A stretch of 64,000 nt of DNA from Camelus dromedarius. Taxonomy: Eukaryota. Below are positions 13,190 through 25,550 of the stretch, one piece after another; positions within the stretch are counted from its first letter, which is position 1; each line of letters begins with the position of its first letter. The notes beneath the pieces are model-generated. The model was not told where the DNA came from, made no database searches, and saw nothing but the letters and a program-made list of their open reading frames with translations. The DNA lies in the NCBI RefSeq assembly GCF_036321535.1, contig NC_087437.1, positions 72,232,001 to 72,296,000 on the forward strand. Direction: 5' to 3'. The position numbers were made by a program, and so were the translations under genes.

Positions 13190-13445
13190 TAATAACAAGC
13201 AGGCATACTCAGTGAAAGCTTACCATGAACCAGGCCTAATTTTAAGTACTTCACATGTATTAGCTTGTTTAATACTCACAACATCCACGTGAGATAGAGA
13301 ACCCCATTATAACACTTTATGGCTGGGGAACCTGAGGCACAGATAGACTCCACCAAGGACTCACTGCAAAAACTAGCCAAGCCAGGATTTAAATCCAGAC
13401 TATTCAGCTCTGCTAGGTTCACTGGTGACCATCACACTGCACTAA
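13190..13445 (-). mobile_element. MIR SINE
   Basis: aagtacttcacatgtattagc...ctcacaac...ctgaggcacaga...gccaggatttaaatccagac. Confidence 0.75.
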
Positions 13446-13580
13446 TTCTCAGACAAAACTCTCAGATGGTTGGGAACTGAGCTTCCTGGCTTGAAATAGA
13501 AGTATCAGGACTAGGAAGGAGATCTTCAGGGAGCCAGGGAGGAGGCCTGAATGAGGTGCAGAAAGAGTCCAGGTCTGACT

Positions 13581-13618
13581 GGACACCTGTCCTGCAAGGG
13601 GACACCTGTCCTGCAAGG
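13581..13618. repeat. Perfect 19-bp tandem duplication GGACACCTGTCCTGCAAGG x2
   Basis: Copies at 13581-13599 and 13600-13618. Confidence 0.95.
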
Positions 13619-14856
13619 GCCCACCTGGCTCTGTGCGTGATACGTCACTGCTTGTGTCACACAGTTTAGCCTAGACCTCAACTCTTTCCCTGGGTTGTGC
13701 AGGTTGACTGTTTCTGTCCCAGGCCAATACTGATGCTCAAGGCCCTTCGCCAGCCTTCACAAGAAATTCAATCACTCTAAGCATAGCCAGGATTTTGTTT
13801 TTAGTTTTCATGAAGATCTGGGGATCCATGGGAAAGGGCCACACCTCCCAGTGTGCAGCATTTGCTCTATGCCTCCACCTTATGCAACACTAACTTCTGT
13901 AAGACCCTTTCCCCAGCCCCAGCCAGTCTCCCATCACACCTCATGTTTGTCCTGCAAGGCTTGGTCCCAGTCTTCCTTTTATTTTCCTTCTCCCCTTAAA
14001 ACCTAGACCATGGCTTTTCACCTCCTCACAAGCCTGTGAAAGCCATATCTGCCTTAGGAAATTCCCATGCCAGCGGCTGAGAAGACAAAATTGTCCCTGT
14101 ACTCTAACTGCAGCTTGTGGCAGACTTCCTAAGCTGGACTTATGTGTTGCTGTTGTGGCCATATCTGAAAGAAATGCGTGAAAAATGGGCAAGGACCTTC
14201 CTCTCAGGTAGAACCAGAGCCCTGGGTATTGAAACAAGGGTCAAAGTTCAAAGCACCCCTCAGAAATCCCACTGAGGTTTTCTCAGACAGATCCCAGGTA
14301 TCCCCAGTGGCCAGTGGCTCACTTGCATTGGTTTGTATCGTTCTGTTTGGGGAGATGAAGGCTTGCACATAATCCTCTCCCCACAAGCTTTGCCTCACTT
14401 GGGCCTGCAAAACACAGTGCCAAATGTGAAGGCAGCATCAGCAGAGAGGGTGTTTGTAACTCAAGATCTCAGGTCTCCAAGGGCAGGAACAAGTGAACTG
14501 GGATGATCTCAAACATTGATCTGAATTGCCCCAGCCGCCCCCTCTCCGCGTTTGCGTGAGGAGGGCAAGGGGTGGGACAGGAGGAAGAGAAAGCACATGA
14601 GGCCTCTCTCCAACAGCTCAGGCAGCGTGAGGTGTGGGAGCAGAATCAACACCACAAAGGAAGTGAACCCCCCCACGGCAGTCTGCTGTGTCGCCCCCTC
14701 ACTCCAGCGATGACTGAACTGATTCATTTGTGGCACATCCATTTCAAATGGAGAGAAACGGAGCTTGAGAGAGAAGGAGGCCGGTACAGACCACAGCGCC
14801 CTCTTCCACAGGAGCAGAGATGTGTGTACGGGGCAGAGGGATCAGTGTCCTTTGTT

Positions 14857-15130
14857 TTTTCTGTCTGCTTGTTTGTTTGTTTTTTATTGAAGTATAGCTG
14901 TTTTACAATATTGTGTCAGTTTCAGGTGTACAGCTTAGTGATTCAGTTATACATGTATATTCTCTTTCAGATTCTTTTCCATTATGCGTTATTACAAGAT
15001 ACTGAATATAGTTCCCTGTGCTGTACAGTGGATCTTTGTTGTTTATCTATTTCATCTATAGTAGTATCTGTTAATCCCATACTCTTAATTTTTCCCTCTT
15101 CCCCTTTCCCTTTTGTTTTCTGAGTAGACA
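14857..15130 (-). mobile_element. 5'-truncated LINE-1 3' end (artiodactyl-type) with 11-bp TSD
   Basis: T-rich tail then ttattgaagtatag...tacaatattgtgtcagtttcaggtgtacagc...atatagttccctgtgctgtacagt; TSD TGTCCTTTGTT at 14846-14856 and 15131-15141. Confidence 0.85.
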
Positions 15131-15289
15131 TGTCCTTTGTTAGCAGTCACATTGTTACAGAAAGGCCTGAATTAGCTGCCAACATGTTTTTTCAAAAAAG
15201 GATTATTTTACATTAAAAAACCCAGAATTCATGACTATTAACTGATCTGGCAACCTTACCAGTATTATTTTAATAGCTTCTTAGCAGGC

Positions 15290-15860
15290 ACTACCACTTA
15301 CTGTCTGTTTTCAACCCAGCAGCCAGAGAGATCCTTTTACAATGTAAATCAGATCATGTTACTTCATTGATCAAAGTCTTCCCATGATGTCCCATCTTGC
15401 TCAGAGTAAAAACCAGAGTCCCAGACATGCTCTGCAAGACCCTACATGATGGGACCCCCCGTTACCTTTGGTCTCCACCTTTTCTCTTCCTTCTCCTCTT
15501 TCCATAGATTACACAGATTCAAATCCTGGCACTATTTTCTGCGTGTCTTGGGGTGAGTAACTTAACAGATCTGTGTCTCACTTCCTTGTCTGTAAAATGA
15601 GGCTAATAATCGTATCTTGCTCATCATGTTGTTATGAGGACAAAACCAGTTAATATTTTTAAAGTCCTTAAAATAGCCTGACACGTAATAAGGGCAATTC
15701 TATCGCTCCGCCTGCTCCAACCATGCTGGCCTCAGTGACTTCCCTCAAACAAGGCAGGTCTGTACTTGCCTGAGTGCCTTTGCAAATATGCTTTCTCTGC
15801 ATGGCCCCGGCTTCACAGACACCCACACGATTTCCACCCACCTCCTTCAAGCCTTTCTTA
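15290..15860 (+). mobile_element. L2 fragment interrupted by a MIR (~15505-15700)
   Basis: cagcagccagagagatcctttt...aaatcagatcatgttact (L2); caaatcctggcact...tgtaaaatgaggctaataat (MIR); L2 resumes at ctccaaccatgctggcctc. Confidence 0.7.
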
Positions 15861-16634
15861 CCGATGTTTGGGCTGAATCAAAAATTTAAAAATTCAAAGC
15901 AAAAGTGGATCCAAAAAAAAAAAAAAAAAGCCGTCAGGAAGAAATGAAATGAGTATTGACTGAATCCAGGAAAGAAATGGAAGAAAACGACAAAATTATC
16001 TCAAAATGAAGGCTCGGTTACAAGATGGCTAAAGGTGAAGAAATTTAAATAAAAATTTAACAAGAAGCATGGAAGAAAGACTGGAAAATAACTAAGAAAA
16101 CACTGTCTGGTTTAGGATTTACCAAATTATTATTCTAGATATTTCTGTCTGAGCATCCCAGAACACTTGTCACCAGCCCTAGGTATCAGAAAACCTTTTT
16201 GCCAACACTTGCATCCTGCTTCTTCCACTAGTCCCAGCTGAACTGTCTTGTCTCACCCTGTGGCCACCCGGGAAGCAGAAGGCTGTCACTCTTTGAGGCC
16301 AGGCTGAGACGCACCCATCACCAGGGTCCCCAGACTTTTCAAGCATAAAATCATCCATGTGCACATGTCCCCAACCCCTCCTCCATCCTTCTCCTTCCCC
16401 TTCCATCTCCAGGTCTCCCTTTGACCTTTTGCTTCTCCCAAGAGTCACACCTCTTCTATTTCTATTCAGCGTGCCACTGGTTATTACTTTCATTCATTCA
16501 TCAGCAAGATTTATTGTGAGCAGTAAGTACCTAGTTCAGTTCTTTTTTTCAGAGAATTCTGAACAGTTTTATGTATTTTTTCTTATTTCTAGAGAGCTGT
16601 AAACAATGATAAATGAAGACTTTAGCATGAGTAC

Positions 16635-17227
16635 TGCTGGGGCCCAGGGCAGGCTGTGACAAAATATGCCTCAATGCCATATTGATAATTTTGAATTTTT
16701 TTTCAGTGAAGGTACTGAGGATTGGACCCAGGGCCTCCTGCATGCTAAGCATGCACTCTACCACTGAGCTTTATCCCCCTACCCCCAATTATTCTGAATT
16801 TAAGTTATCTGAGAAAGAGCCATTGGGGGAAACTGATATTTTAAAAACCTTATTCTGACCCTCTTTTTCCCTGAAAGTGGGAAATGAATCTCCATGTGAA
16901 GGTACCCTCCCTGTATCAGGAGGAGAGAAAGCATCCTTATCATCAGAGGGAGGGAGTTCAAGGTTAAGAAAGCTGTGTAAACAGACTTCATTACTTCATC
17001 GTTGGTGTGCTACCCCAAGCACAAGCCCTCTGTTTTGTTAACTCTTCACAAATAAAAATGGTATCTAAACAGCCTGCTTTAGTCATTTCAGAGGTCATTT
17101 TTCTGAAACCTCCATGCACTAATTCAATGAGGTTTTTTCCCTGCTGTTAGTCTGTCTTGTGTCAATTTAATTATTAGACCAGCCAAAAATACTCAAAGGG
17201 GTGGGAGGGAATTTCCCCTCCCCAACA
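16635..17227 (+). mobile_element. Solo LTR, ERV1 class (MER34/MER39-like)
   Basis: TG...CA termini (tgctgggg...ccccaaca), 4-bp TSD GTAC at 16631-16634 and 17228-17231, typical U5-like end. Confidence 0.8.
16700..16786 (-). mobile_element. Vic-1-like SINE, short form, nested in the LTR
   Basis: ggtactgaggattggacccagggcctcctgcatgctaagcatgcactctaccactgagct; approximate TSD attttgaatttt/attctgaatttt. Confidence 0.9.
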
Positions 17228-17230
17228 GTA

Positions 17231-17435
17231 CATTTGACTCTTAAACAAAGTGGGTTTGAATTACTTGGATCCACTTACATGTAGATTTTTTTTCAATAGT
17301 AAATACTACAGTACTATAAGTTGGTCGAATCCAGATGTAGAGCACTGACTATAAGTTGTACATGGATTTTTGACTGTGTGGAGTGTCTGGCACCCCTAAT
17401 TACCCCAAACCCAACCATTGTTCAAGGGTTGACTG
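17231..17435. mobile_element. Tigger2-derived non-autonomous DNA transposon (TcMar)
   Basis: Imperfect TIRs (CATTTGACTCTTAAACAA vs reverse complement CAGTCAACCCTTGAACAA, 13/18), flanked by TA on both sides. Confidence 0.8.
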
Positions 17436-18471
17436 TATTTTAAATAAATACCGCCTATTCAGAGACAAAGAGAGGAGGAAGGGGGTACTCCACACTCCCG
17501 CTTTGCTCCTACGGGAGGTGGGACTACTGAAAAGGGTCTTTTCCAGGCAGATTGGAAGATTGTAACTCCTGACCCATCCTGACCTTGGCCATGCCTGTTC
17601 TGCATTCCAGGATGCTTTGGGGCTGTGTAGGGAGGCCCTGGTCCAAACCATAAAAGAAACAGAGACATTTTCTCTCACTCCTGGCATGAACCCCCTCCCC
17701 ACTTTATCATGGAGAAGTGAGACTTCAGTCCAGAAGACCCAAACTCACTAAAATGTACGCAAATAAATAAGCTGTCAAAGAAGTACAAATGACTGTTACA
17801 TGATTGAAAAGTTTTCAAAATATTAAATTCCTCAGGATGAGGACAGAGAACTAAAATATAAGAGGAAAACAAAATCTCAAAACGTACCTGAAGATTTTGT
17901 TTGATGTCCTTGGAATTAGAACTGGAGGAAGAGAGGAGGGGATAGAGTTACTGGCCTCTCCCCCAGGAGACGTGAGACGTATTGGGGAGGGAGGAAGACT
18001 TATGGACCTCAAATCTTGACTAATTTTTTTTTTCTTTTCAGGAAATTTGTCTGCTGGGGTCTTCATCTAACTGCTCTTTTCCCCTTTGAATGAGATCATT
18101 GTTTTGCTAACAAGTTTTGGGTGGAAAAGAGTTCTGTGAATTTGTTCCAGAATAGTGTCCATTTCACTGAGGCTTACTTTTTGATTACAGAGTTTTCCCT
18201 CAACCTGCAACAAAACCAACTTCCCCATTTCGCCACATCCCTCTCCTTTCCTCACCTTTAACCAGAAGCATGGTGGGTACTGTGACCAGAGTGCAGAAGT
18301 GAGCTGCTCAGTGTTCCCACCTAAATGGCCCCACAGAGCATGCACCAGCCTGCTAAGGACGGTCCTCAACACTGCCCACTGGCTCTGACCTGCACCAGGA
18401 GGAAGAAGGAGCAAGGAGCACTGTGCAGGGGAAGGGGGTAAATTAAGAGACCAAACATAAAGAACATTCAT

Positions 18472-18515
18472 GAATGTCTTCTAATTAAAGTTGGAGAATG
18501 TCTTTTAATTAAAGT
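18472..18515. repeat. Near-perfect 20-bp direct repeat GAATGTCTTYTAATTAAAGT, period 24
   Basis: Copies at 18472-18491 and 18496-18515, one mismatch. Confidence 0.9.
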
Positions 18516-18904
18516 CGATTCTATAAATACAAATTCTAGAAGAATTCTAAATTTGTTCGTTTGCACAGTTGGTTATCATTTTTGTAGTTATGCAATATAC
18601 CACTTCCCCCATTTTCCCGTTCAACCGCAAACTACTGCTGCCTGAAGTTACTTAAGACTTTTGTGACTTGAGTTTTGGCCTTCTCCTTTAGGTATGTTTG
18701 TAAATATTAAATAAAAGGCCTTTGACAATCTAGAAGTGAATGGCTTCTAGTCTGACACCCACACTGAGAATATCAGGGTTTCTGGGGTATTTCTGTAAAC
18801 GCCCCCAACTCCTTTCAATTTTCACCCACCACCCCATGGACCTACTTGCCCACCTCTACTGCTGCCCCTGGGTATAACCAGGCTGCTGTCCACACTTTCT
18901 GAGG

Positions 18905-19160
18905 GATGTAGTGGAAGAGTAGTTAAGACCACACTCTGAAGGCTAACTGCTTGAGATCACAATCTGACTTTGCCACTTCTTGGCTGTGTGACTTTGGGCC
19001 AGTCACTTAATCTCTCTATGCTGTATTTGCCTCCCATTTAATAAAGGAGATAACAGTGCTCCTCTCATAAGGCTATTGTAAGGAATAAAATACATTTGTG
19101 TGTCTAAAGTGCCTGGAACAGAGCCTGGCAATGTTCCATGAATGTTAGATATTGTTACTC
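18905..19160 (+). mobile_element. MIR SINE, near full length
   Basis: gttaagaccacactctg...gccacttcttggctgtgtgactttgggcc...cacttaatctctct...gaacagagcctggca. Confidence 0.85.
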
Positions 19161-20399
19161 TCCAATCCTGGAGTTCATGTTGTTCCTCCACAACCCCTTC
19201 CTGGGTTGCTTCTCTCTCTGAGAATTCAAACCCTTCCTATTGCTTTTAATCTCTGATAAATCCTCTCTTCCCTTGAGGCCATTGTCTGGATGATGTACTT
19301 AATGCATAGCATATTTTACCTTATTGTGTTACTTATTTTTCTTTATGTACCTTTTATCCGCTTCAATTAGCCTGAAGTCTTCAAAGACAGCGATGCTTTA
19401 TTATGCATGTTAGTATCTCCTGTGTCTCGTACAGTGCTTTGTACATGTGGGTCCTCAAGTAATTTTTTGTTGCTGGAGCTAGTGAAAACAGTGACCATGC
19501 AGAACTTGGAAAGATGAGAATGACAGAAAATAGAGAAACTGTATTTGAGGGATGTTGGCTCCTAGTTTAACAGTGAAGAATCCAAACAATCTAGAAGGCA
19601 GAATTTTCGTATTTGTGAATTGGAGAGCCGGGATGATCACGGTTTTCTTTGTTGTTGTTGACAACATGTGTGTTTGACCTGAAATGTCTCTACAAACCAC
19701 ATGGGGATTTTCATTAACCTCACATTTGTCTGATAAGGTGAAGATGCTGACGTGCTTTAGCCAATGCAGTTCTGATTTCAACTTAGCATTTCCCCCACAA
19801 TGGTCTGCAGGACCCTCTGCGGAAAGCTCTGCAGGGCTCTGGCACGTGAGGTGCTCAGCACTTTGTCGCCACACATGATTATCTAGAAGGCAGGGACTCT
19901 ACCTCTACGTGGACTAGTGTGACTGCTGTTCCCACTGGGGTCCTGGTAGTGAGATGGATTTGCAAAGGAAAATGCAGAGGAAAGGCGGAGAGAGGGGCAC
20001 TAAGGTGGCCTCACTCTGTCCTGCTCAGGGGAAGAGTCTGTCTCTTCTGCTTTAGCTTAAAGGATATAGGTTTGTCCTGGGCTCAACTTGATGGGAAGAG
20101 TTTGCTCTAGTTCTGAGCTTAGTTCTTGGAAAGTCATACCAAATTAATGTCTGTTGAATGAAAAATGAGTCAGTAAGTGAGTGAGTAGCCTTAAGAAATC
20201 CAGGTTTCTCAATAACCTATTTTTTAAAAAAAGAAAAGAAAAAAAAAAAAGAAATTCAGGTTTGGTTCTAGGTCCTAAATTCGAAAATGTGACGAGGACT
20301 ACATTGGTCAATGTGTTTATCCTAGTGGCTCAGGTAACTCCTGAATTTTAGAATAAAATGGCATCATGACTTTCTGGAACCCTTCCACTCAGGGCCCTA

Positions 20400-20890
20400 A
20401 GCCTTATGCAATCCTCTAATCCATTTTTAGAGTTACATACGACACAAACATGATCATGATACGCTCACTTCTTGAATGGCTCTCTGCCCCACTCAGAAGA
20501 AGTCCAACACCCTTAGCGTGTCATGCCAACGCTCTGTCTTCTTCCCTCTGCCTTTTCTTCCCATCTTGTCTCTTATTGCTCCTCCACTCAATACTCAAAA
20601 TTCCATTTCTTTTGCTCCATCTATGAAAAGCTGCCCTCCAATGTGCCAGACTCTGTCCAGCCCCACACCTTTGCAGAAATTGTTCCTCTGCCAGCCATGC
20701 CCACTAGCCTTTTCTCCTTGGCTGACATCCACTCATCCTTCAAGGATTAGCTCAAGAGTTTCCTCCTGGGTGAGGCTTTCTCTGATCTGCTTCTAAGCAG
20801 AGTTAGGTGCTCTCTTTCCCATAGTCTCTAAGAAACCTTTGCCAGTTTCTATTGTAACACGTTTTCTCTCTCTCCAAACACACTGTGACC
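20400..20890 (+). mobile_element. L2 fragment
   Basis: aatggctctctgcccactcagaagaagtccaacaccctt...ctcatccttcaaggattagctcaag...tcctcctgggtgaggctttctctga. Confidence 0.7.
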
Positions 20891-21049
20891 TAATCAAGAA
20901 AAAAACATTTCGTCAATATTACCACTGAGCATAATTCTGGTAGAAAGCTACTGTTGTCCACAAATGTATTACTGGTTATTTTATGGAGGTTGAAGTGAGT
21001 CTTGCCTGAGTTTGTCCAATAGAACCTCCATTTCCTGAATTGTCCCAGT

Positions 21050-21200
21050 TTTGTAATCTCTCTAAGCCTCAATTTCTCCAACCATAAAATGGAAATAATA
21101 ATCATGACTGTCCCTTAGTCTTGTGTGAGCATTAAATGTTGACTGTGAATGTCTTAGTACAGTGCCTTGAACACATTGTGCATTCAATATTGTAGTGCAG
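21050..21200 (+). mobile_element. MIR SINE 3' part
   Basis: aatctctctaagcctcaatttctc...taaaatggaaataataat...cttagtacagtgccttgaacaca. Confidence 0.75.
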
Positions 21201-22519
21201 GCGTAGCTGGGGATAGAATTTGTTTTTTCTTTCTCTGCTTCCAAGAGAAGGCACTAGAAAAGCACTTTGACCTCACTGAGGTTCATTTCTTAGAAGGAGG
21301 TTGAGATAAGAAATGTTCTTTAGAATCACTGTAGGTGCCTACCTTTAGAAGGTGACTGCCTCATTACCTGGGGGAAAAAAGATGGAAAAACTCCTTATTT
21401 TGAAGTCCAAATCCTTGACTAGGGAGGAGAAGACGAAAATGAGGCTCTGGGTCCTTGCATTGGCAAACTGTTGAGCCAAACCTAACTCCTGTGCTCTAGG
21501 TCTGACTTATAGCTAGCATGGGCTGTGCTTTAAAAAAGGGAGACACACTGATGTACAGATGCTGAAATGGAGAACTGGCCTTACAACTGAGTGCTGGGTT
21601 CACTTCTCCTTAGCTCTCGATGCCTCACCACCCAGAGGTAGTGCAGCTAAATGGAAGGGTGCTGGCCTCACATCTGCTTCAAAGCCCAAGATTCTCTTAC
21701 ACTGGAACAAAATAGGGAGTGTCCAGGTCTTAGATTGGCTCTCATTACCGGCAGGTAAAGGATGGACTTGCTCGTCAATTCTCTGAGTTGAACTGGGTCA
21801 TATGAGTCATAGAAGATACTGTAGATATGATTAGGGCACTCCTATATTATGATATTGCCATCAGTGGCTGAATGAATGGTTGCTGTAAGGTGGGGTTGAT
21901 TTCGAGCTTCCCAGTGCTGTCCAAAGTGGGCTAAATAAACCACAGAAGTATGCAGAGCAGTCCACTGAAGTGTGGGAAGAAAATATTAGAACTTCCGTTT
22001 GTACTTGTTTTTTAAAAAGAAAATATATATATATACACAAGAGAAATAGCTCTTTCTTACTAGTGTACAGATTGATATGGGTTACCTCACTGAGCGTGAA
22101 TGTCAGATGGTCATATGTCATAGACACATGTGAGCTGTCCCAGGGAAAGGGGGGATCCTCATGCCATGGGGGAATTGACAGAGGCATCTTCACTGATTTG
22201 CTTGTTTTGTGAGAATTGTAATGTATTGTGATTTATGTATTTCTGGCTAAGTGTAGTTCCAATATAGTATTTGATTTAACTTAGACAAACTTCACAAAAT
22301 GAAAAAATAGCATAAAAAAGATTTCTGCAAAAAAACTCCAAAACCAAGTATTCTTCACCTTGAAGATAATGCTAATAGTCCAAGCACAAGGAAACAATAA
22401 AACATGTCAAAAATGATACTTTTATTTTTAGTGTAAACTCTGTCAACCATGAAAATGATGTAAAAACCATGACAACTTAAGCTGATCTGACAATATGCTA
22501 CATTGCAGGTATTTTTTGT

Positions 22520-22566
22520 AAAAGTAAATTCTTCCTTCAAGGAAAAAGTAAATTCTTCCTTCAAGG
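22520..22566. repeat. 23-bp direct repeat AAAAGTAAATTCTTCCTTCAAGG x2, period 24
   Basis: Copies at 22520-22542 and 22544-22566. Confidence 0.95.
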
Positions 22567-23749
22567 TAAAGTATTTTAACAGTGAATGAGAACATAATTA
22601 CTTTTCAAAAGAAACCCCTACTCTGAAAAAATCTTTATGAAAAAGCTTTTATTAATATGTAATTTTTTCACTGAAAATGATTTAATGTTATCACACATTA
22701 TTCTTTCTATGTACACCTACAAAATTTGAAAGTAGAACTTTCTGAACTATTTTCAAAACCTCCCAAAAAGATTCAGCGTAGTTCTGACCCATTTGCTTAA
22801 ACTATATAAAAGTGCAACCCCTTGCAATTTACTTACAAGAATAATTGACATAAGGGCAGGTGTTATTTTACCGGCTAATTTCATTAAAAGCTTTTGTATA
22901 GTTTGTGATGATTTGATTATATATATGTATATAAATGTGCTCAAATTCTAGCAGCAAAGAAGAGTAAATGTAATTGTCTTCCCATCTCACTGTCTTTACA
23001 TTAATGGATGTCTTTCAACAAGGCAAAACACATTTCATCTCTCAATTGAAAGATAATTTAGCTTCTACATCTAATGATTTTTTCTTTCCTTTTCTCACAA
23101 ACCATACACTTTTCTTTACTGTTCTTTGACACCAGACAGATAGAAGTCATGTAGGAAGTAGGACCACAGCTGGTCATACTGTTTGTTCCCAAACAGGAAG
23201 TTCTGGCCACAGCTGTGTGAGAACTTTTCTTTCTGGGAATCGAAGTTATGGGGGAATTTGCCTCTAGAAATAAAAAACTGGCCAGCATTCAGTTAAAATT
23301 GAACATAGACCAAGGGACTCAGATTTTAGGATTTCCTGTGGTTTAATCACTTAAGTGAAAAGTATTAAAACTGAAATTTCACTTAATCTTCATGAGAAAA
23401 TCAGAATTGTAACATACACATACTCTTTGACTTAAGAAAGGAAAAATTACATTTATATATTTGACTATGTCTTTTATTTAATAACATGGTGGACAACTCA
23501 GCAGATAATCCAGAAACTGTTTCAGTTTCTCAGTAAATTACTTCTTGTCCACATTTTCTCTGGAGAATCATGCCTAAGGTTGCAGCTGCAATGAATGTCA
23601 AATCTTCTGACTTATGTCTCATTTACCTCTAACTTTCTTCCAAGTCCAACACCACATCCCAGCAGAGTTCTGGGGAGGGGAGAATAAAATATATTAATTA
23701 GGATTAGGTTCATCTGAGAATAATATGGACCACTTTTTCCCCCTCCTTC

Positions 23750-24190
23750 TGCCACACATAAAATTGCCTTAAAAAAGATAGAAGTGTCATTCTCTCTCAT
23801 GTAAAATAATTTCAGAGATATTAAATCCAGAATGATAGCAACCTCAAAGTCATCAGGGAACCAGTCTTTCTCTGAGGTTCTTCTCCAGTATGCTTAAGGG
23901 GTAGTCCTTGTGCTCATGCTTCAAGACAGCTGCTGGAGCTCCAACCATCACATCAGCAGGATAGAGGAAGGATAAAGGAGGGTTTTTTGATCTTTAAGAA
24001 AAACTCCTAAAATGTCACACAGTACTTCCATTTATATTATATGGGATAAAATTAGTCATATAGTTAGCTCTAACTTAAAGGGAGATTGAGTGTGTGTGTG
24101 TGTGTGTAGCCACTTCCAAGCTAAAATATGGGTTTCTTATTACTAAAGAAGGAGAAACTGAATGTTAAAAGACAGGTACCAGTTTCTGTC
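23750..24190 (-). mobile_element. MaLR LTR (MLT1-type) remnant containing a (TG)n tract
   Basis: gccttaaaaaagatagaag...tctctctcatgtaa...caagacagctgctggagctccaaccatcacatc...ctaacttaaagggagattgag. Confidence 0.65.
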
Positions 24191-25460
24191 ATACCTCTCA
24201 TTCCTCCCTTTAATTATTTCATATTTTATAAAAACAGAAAAGCTCATCTCAATTATGTAATTAGGATCCTTTTGTACTATGGAATCTAATTCCTTTTGTT
24301 CCATTTCCCAGAGAATTTTGAGTTTTTAGTCCAGAAACCAAATTCCAGAAGGCTAGACTTCCATGAAAGTGGGTTGTTTCCAATGCAATTCAAACCTTTG
24401 CTCCAATCCAAAGGCCAATGATTCTTCCAAACATTTTGTGTATTAATGATTCTGCTCCTTCATTGTGTTATTAACAGCCATAGAAACTGGTTAAACTCAA
24501 ATACATTCAGATTTACAACACATACTCAGATGGCTTGAATTCTAAGCAGTGCTACTCAAAGTGTGAATTAATATTTTTTTAAAAAGAAATGAAATTATCA
24601 AGCCCATACCACCAACTACCCCAATATTTCCAAATTTCTAGATATTAAGGCACTGTGAAATTCCAGCTACTTGATAATTGACCAGTTATCTCTTTATATG
24701 GATGTTCTGACCTCATTTTAAAAAATAGTACTTCTTTTAGTCAAATTCCAAATTTTGGAAAAGTCATCTTGGTATATCAAATTCTTCTTATAAGGATTTT
24801 GTGAGCTATTTATAATGTCTGCCATCTTTAATTTGACACATATTAAGTCCACTTCTTTATTGTGGCTAACTTCTTAATTTCTCTTCTTAGTATTTTTAGG
24901 ATTATCTTAACACCATGGGCCTTCTTAATGATTCTCAAAATTTCTAGAATTCCTGATAATGGAGGCCACATACACTTGAATCAATGTGTATTTCCTGTTT
25001 CAATCCCCTCGTAAAAATCTTTGTGCCAGGAAGAGATGTAGAGAACATGGAGAATTCTAGGAAATCCCAATCCTAGGCTGTTTTCAAGTGTTTCTCTCAT
25101 TTGTAGTTTTTACACAACGTTTTCCATGTGGCCAACTGATCAAAGAAAGGGACAGATCTTCGTGCATGGTCTTTGCAAGATGTTTCTTAAAACCCACAAA
25201 TTTAGTTTTAAATAGTTAGAGGAGTTAAAATTAATTTACATAAATTAATGTTTGTATGAAATTTGTTTATACCTTTCAACTGATCCTCATGGATTTTCTG
25301 GCTTATTCCTTATCAATTGAAGGGGTCAGAATTGTTCCCTTGGTGTTGTTCTGGTGGTTGTTTTATCTCTTCTCTTTCACTTATTCTAATTCATACTCCC
25401 ATGTCAGAAGAGTAAAGCAAAAAAGAGCTGGAGGCATACAGAGAATAAGAGAGAATGACA

Positions 25461-25550
25461 GGAAAGGTGGGCATAGTGGTAGAGCATATGTTTAGCATGC
25501 ACGAGGTCCTGGGTTCAGTCCCCAGTACTTTCACTAAGGGAAAAAATAAA
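25461..25550 (+). mobile_element. Vic-1-like SINE, short form
   Basis: agtggtagagcatatgtttagcatgcacgaggtcctgggttcagtccccagtac plus A-rich tail. Confidence 0.85.

Noticed and set aside
14572..15123. 183-aa ORF with a hydrophobic C-terminal half
   Set aside because: It starts at GTG and its hydrophobic half is the antisense L1 3' end at 14857-15130.
15870..16110. A-rich stretch resembling an L1 ORF1 or HAL1 fragment
   Set aside because: Similarity is too weak to call by eye; it needs RepeatMasker.
21860..22960. AT-rich block that might be an ancient DNA transposon or conserved non-coding element
   Set aside because: I could not identify TIRs, a TSD or a family; it needs a Dfam search and a conservation track.
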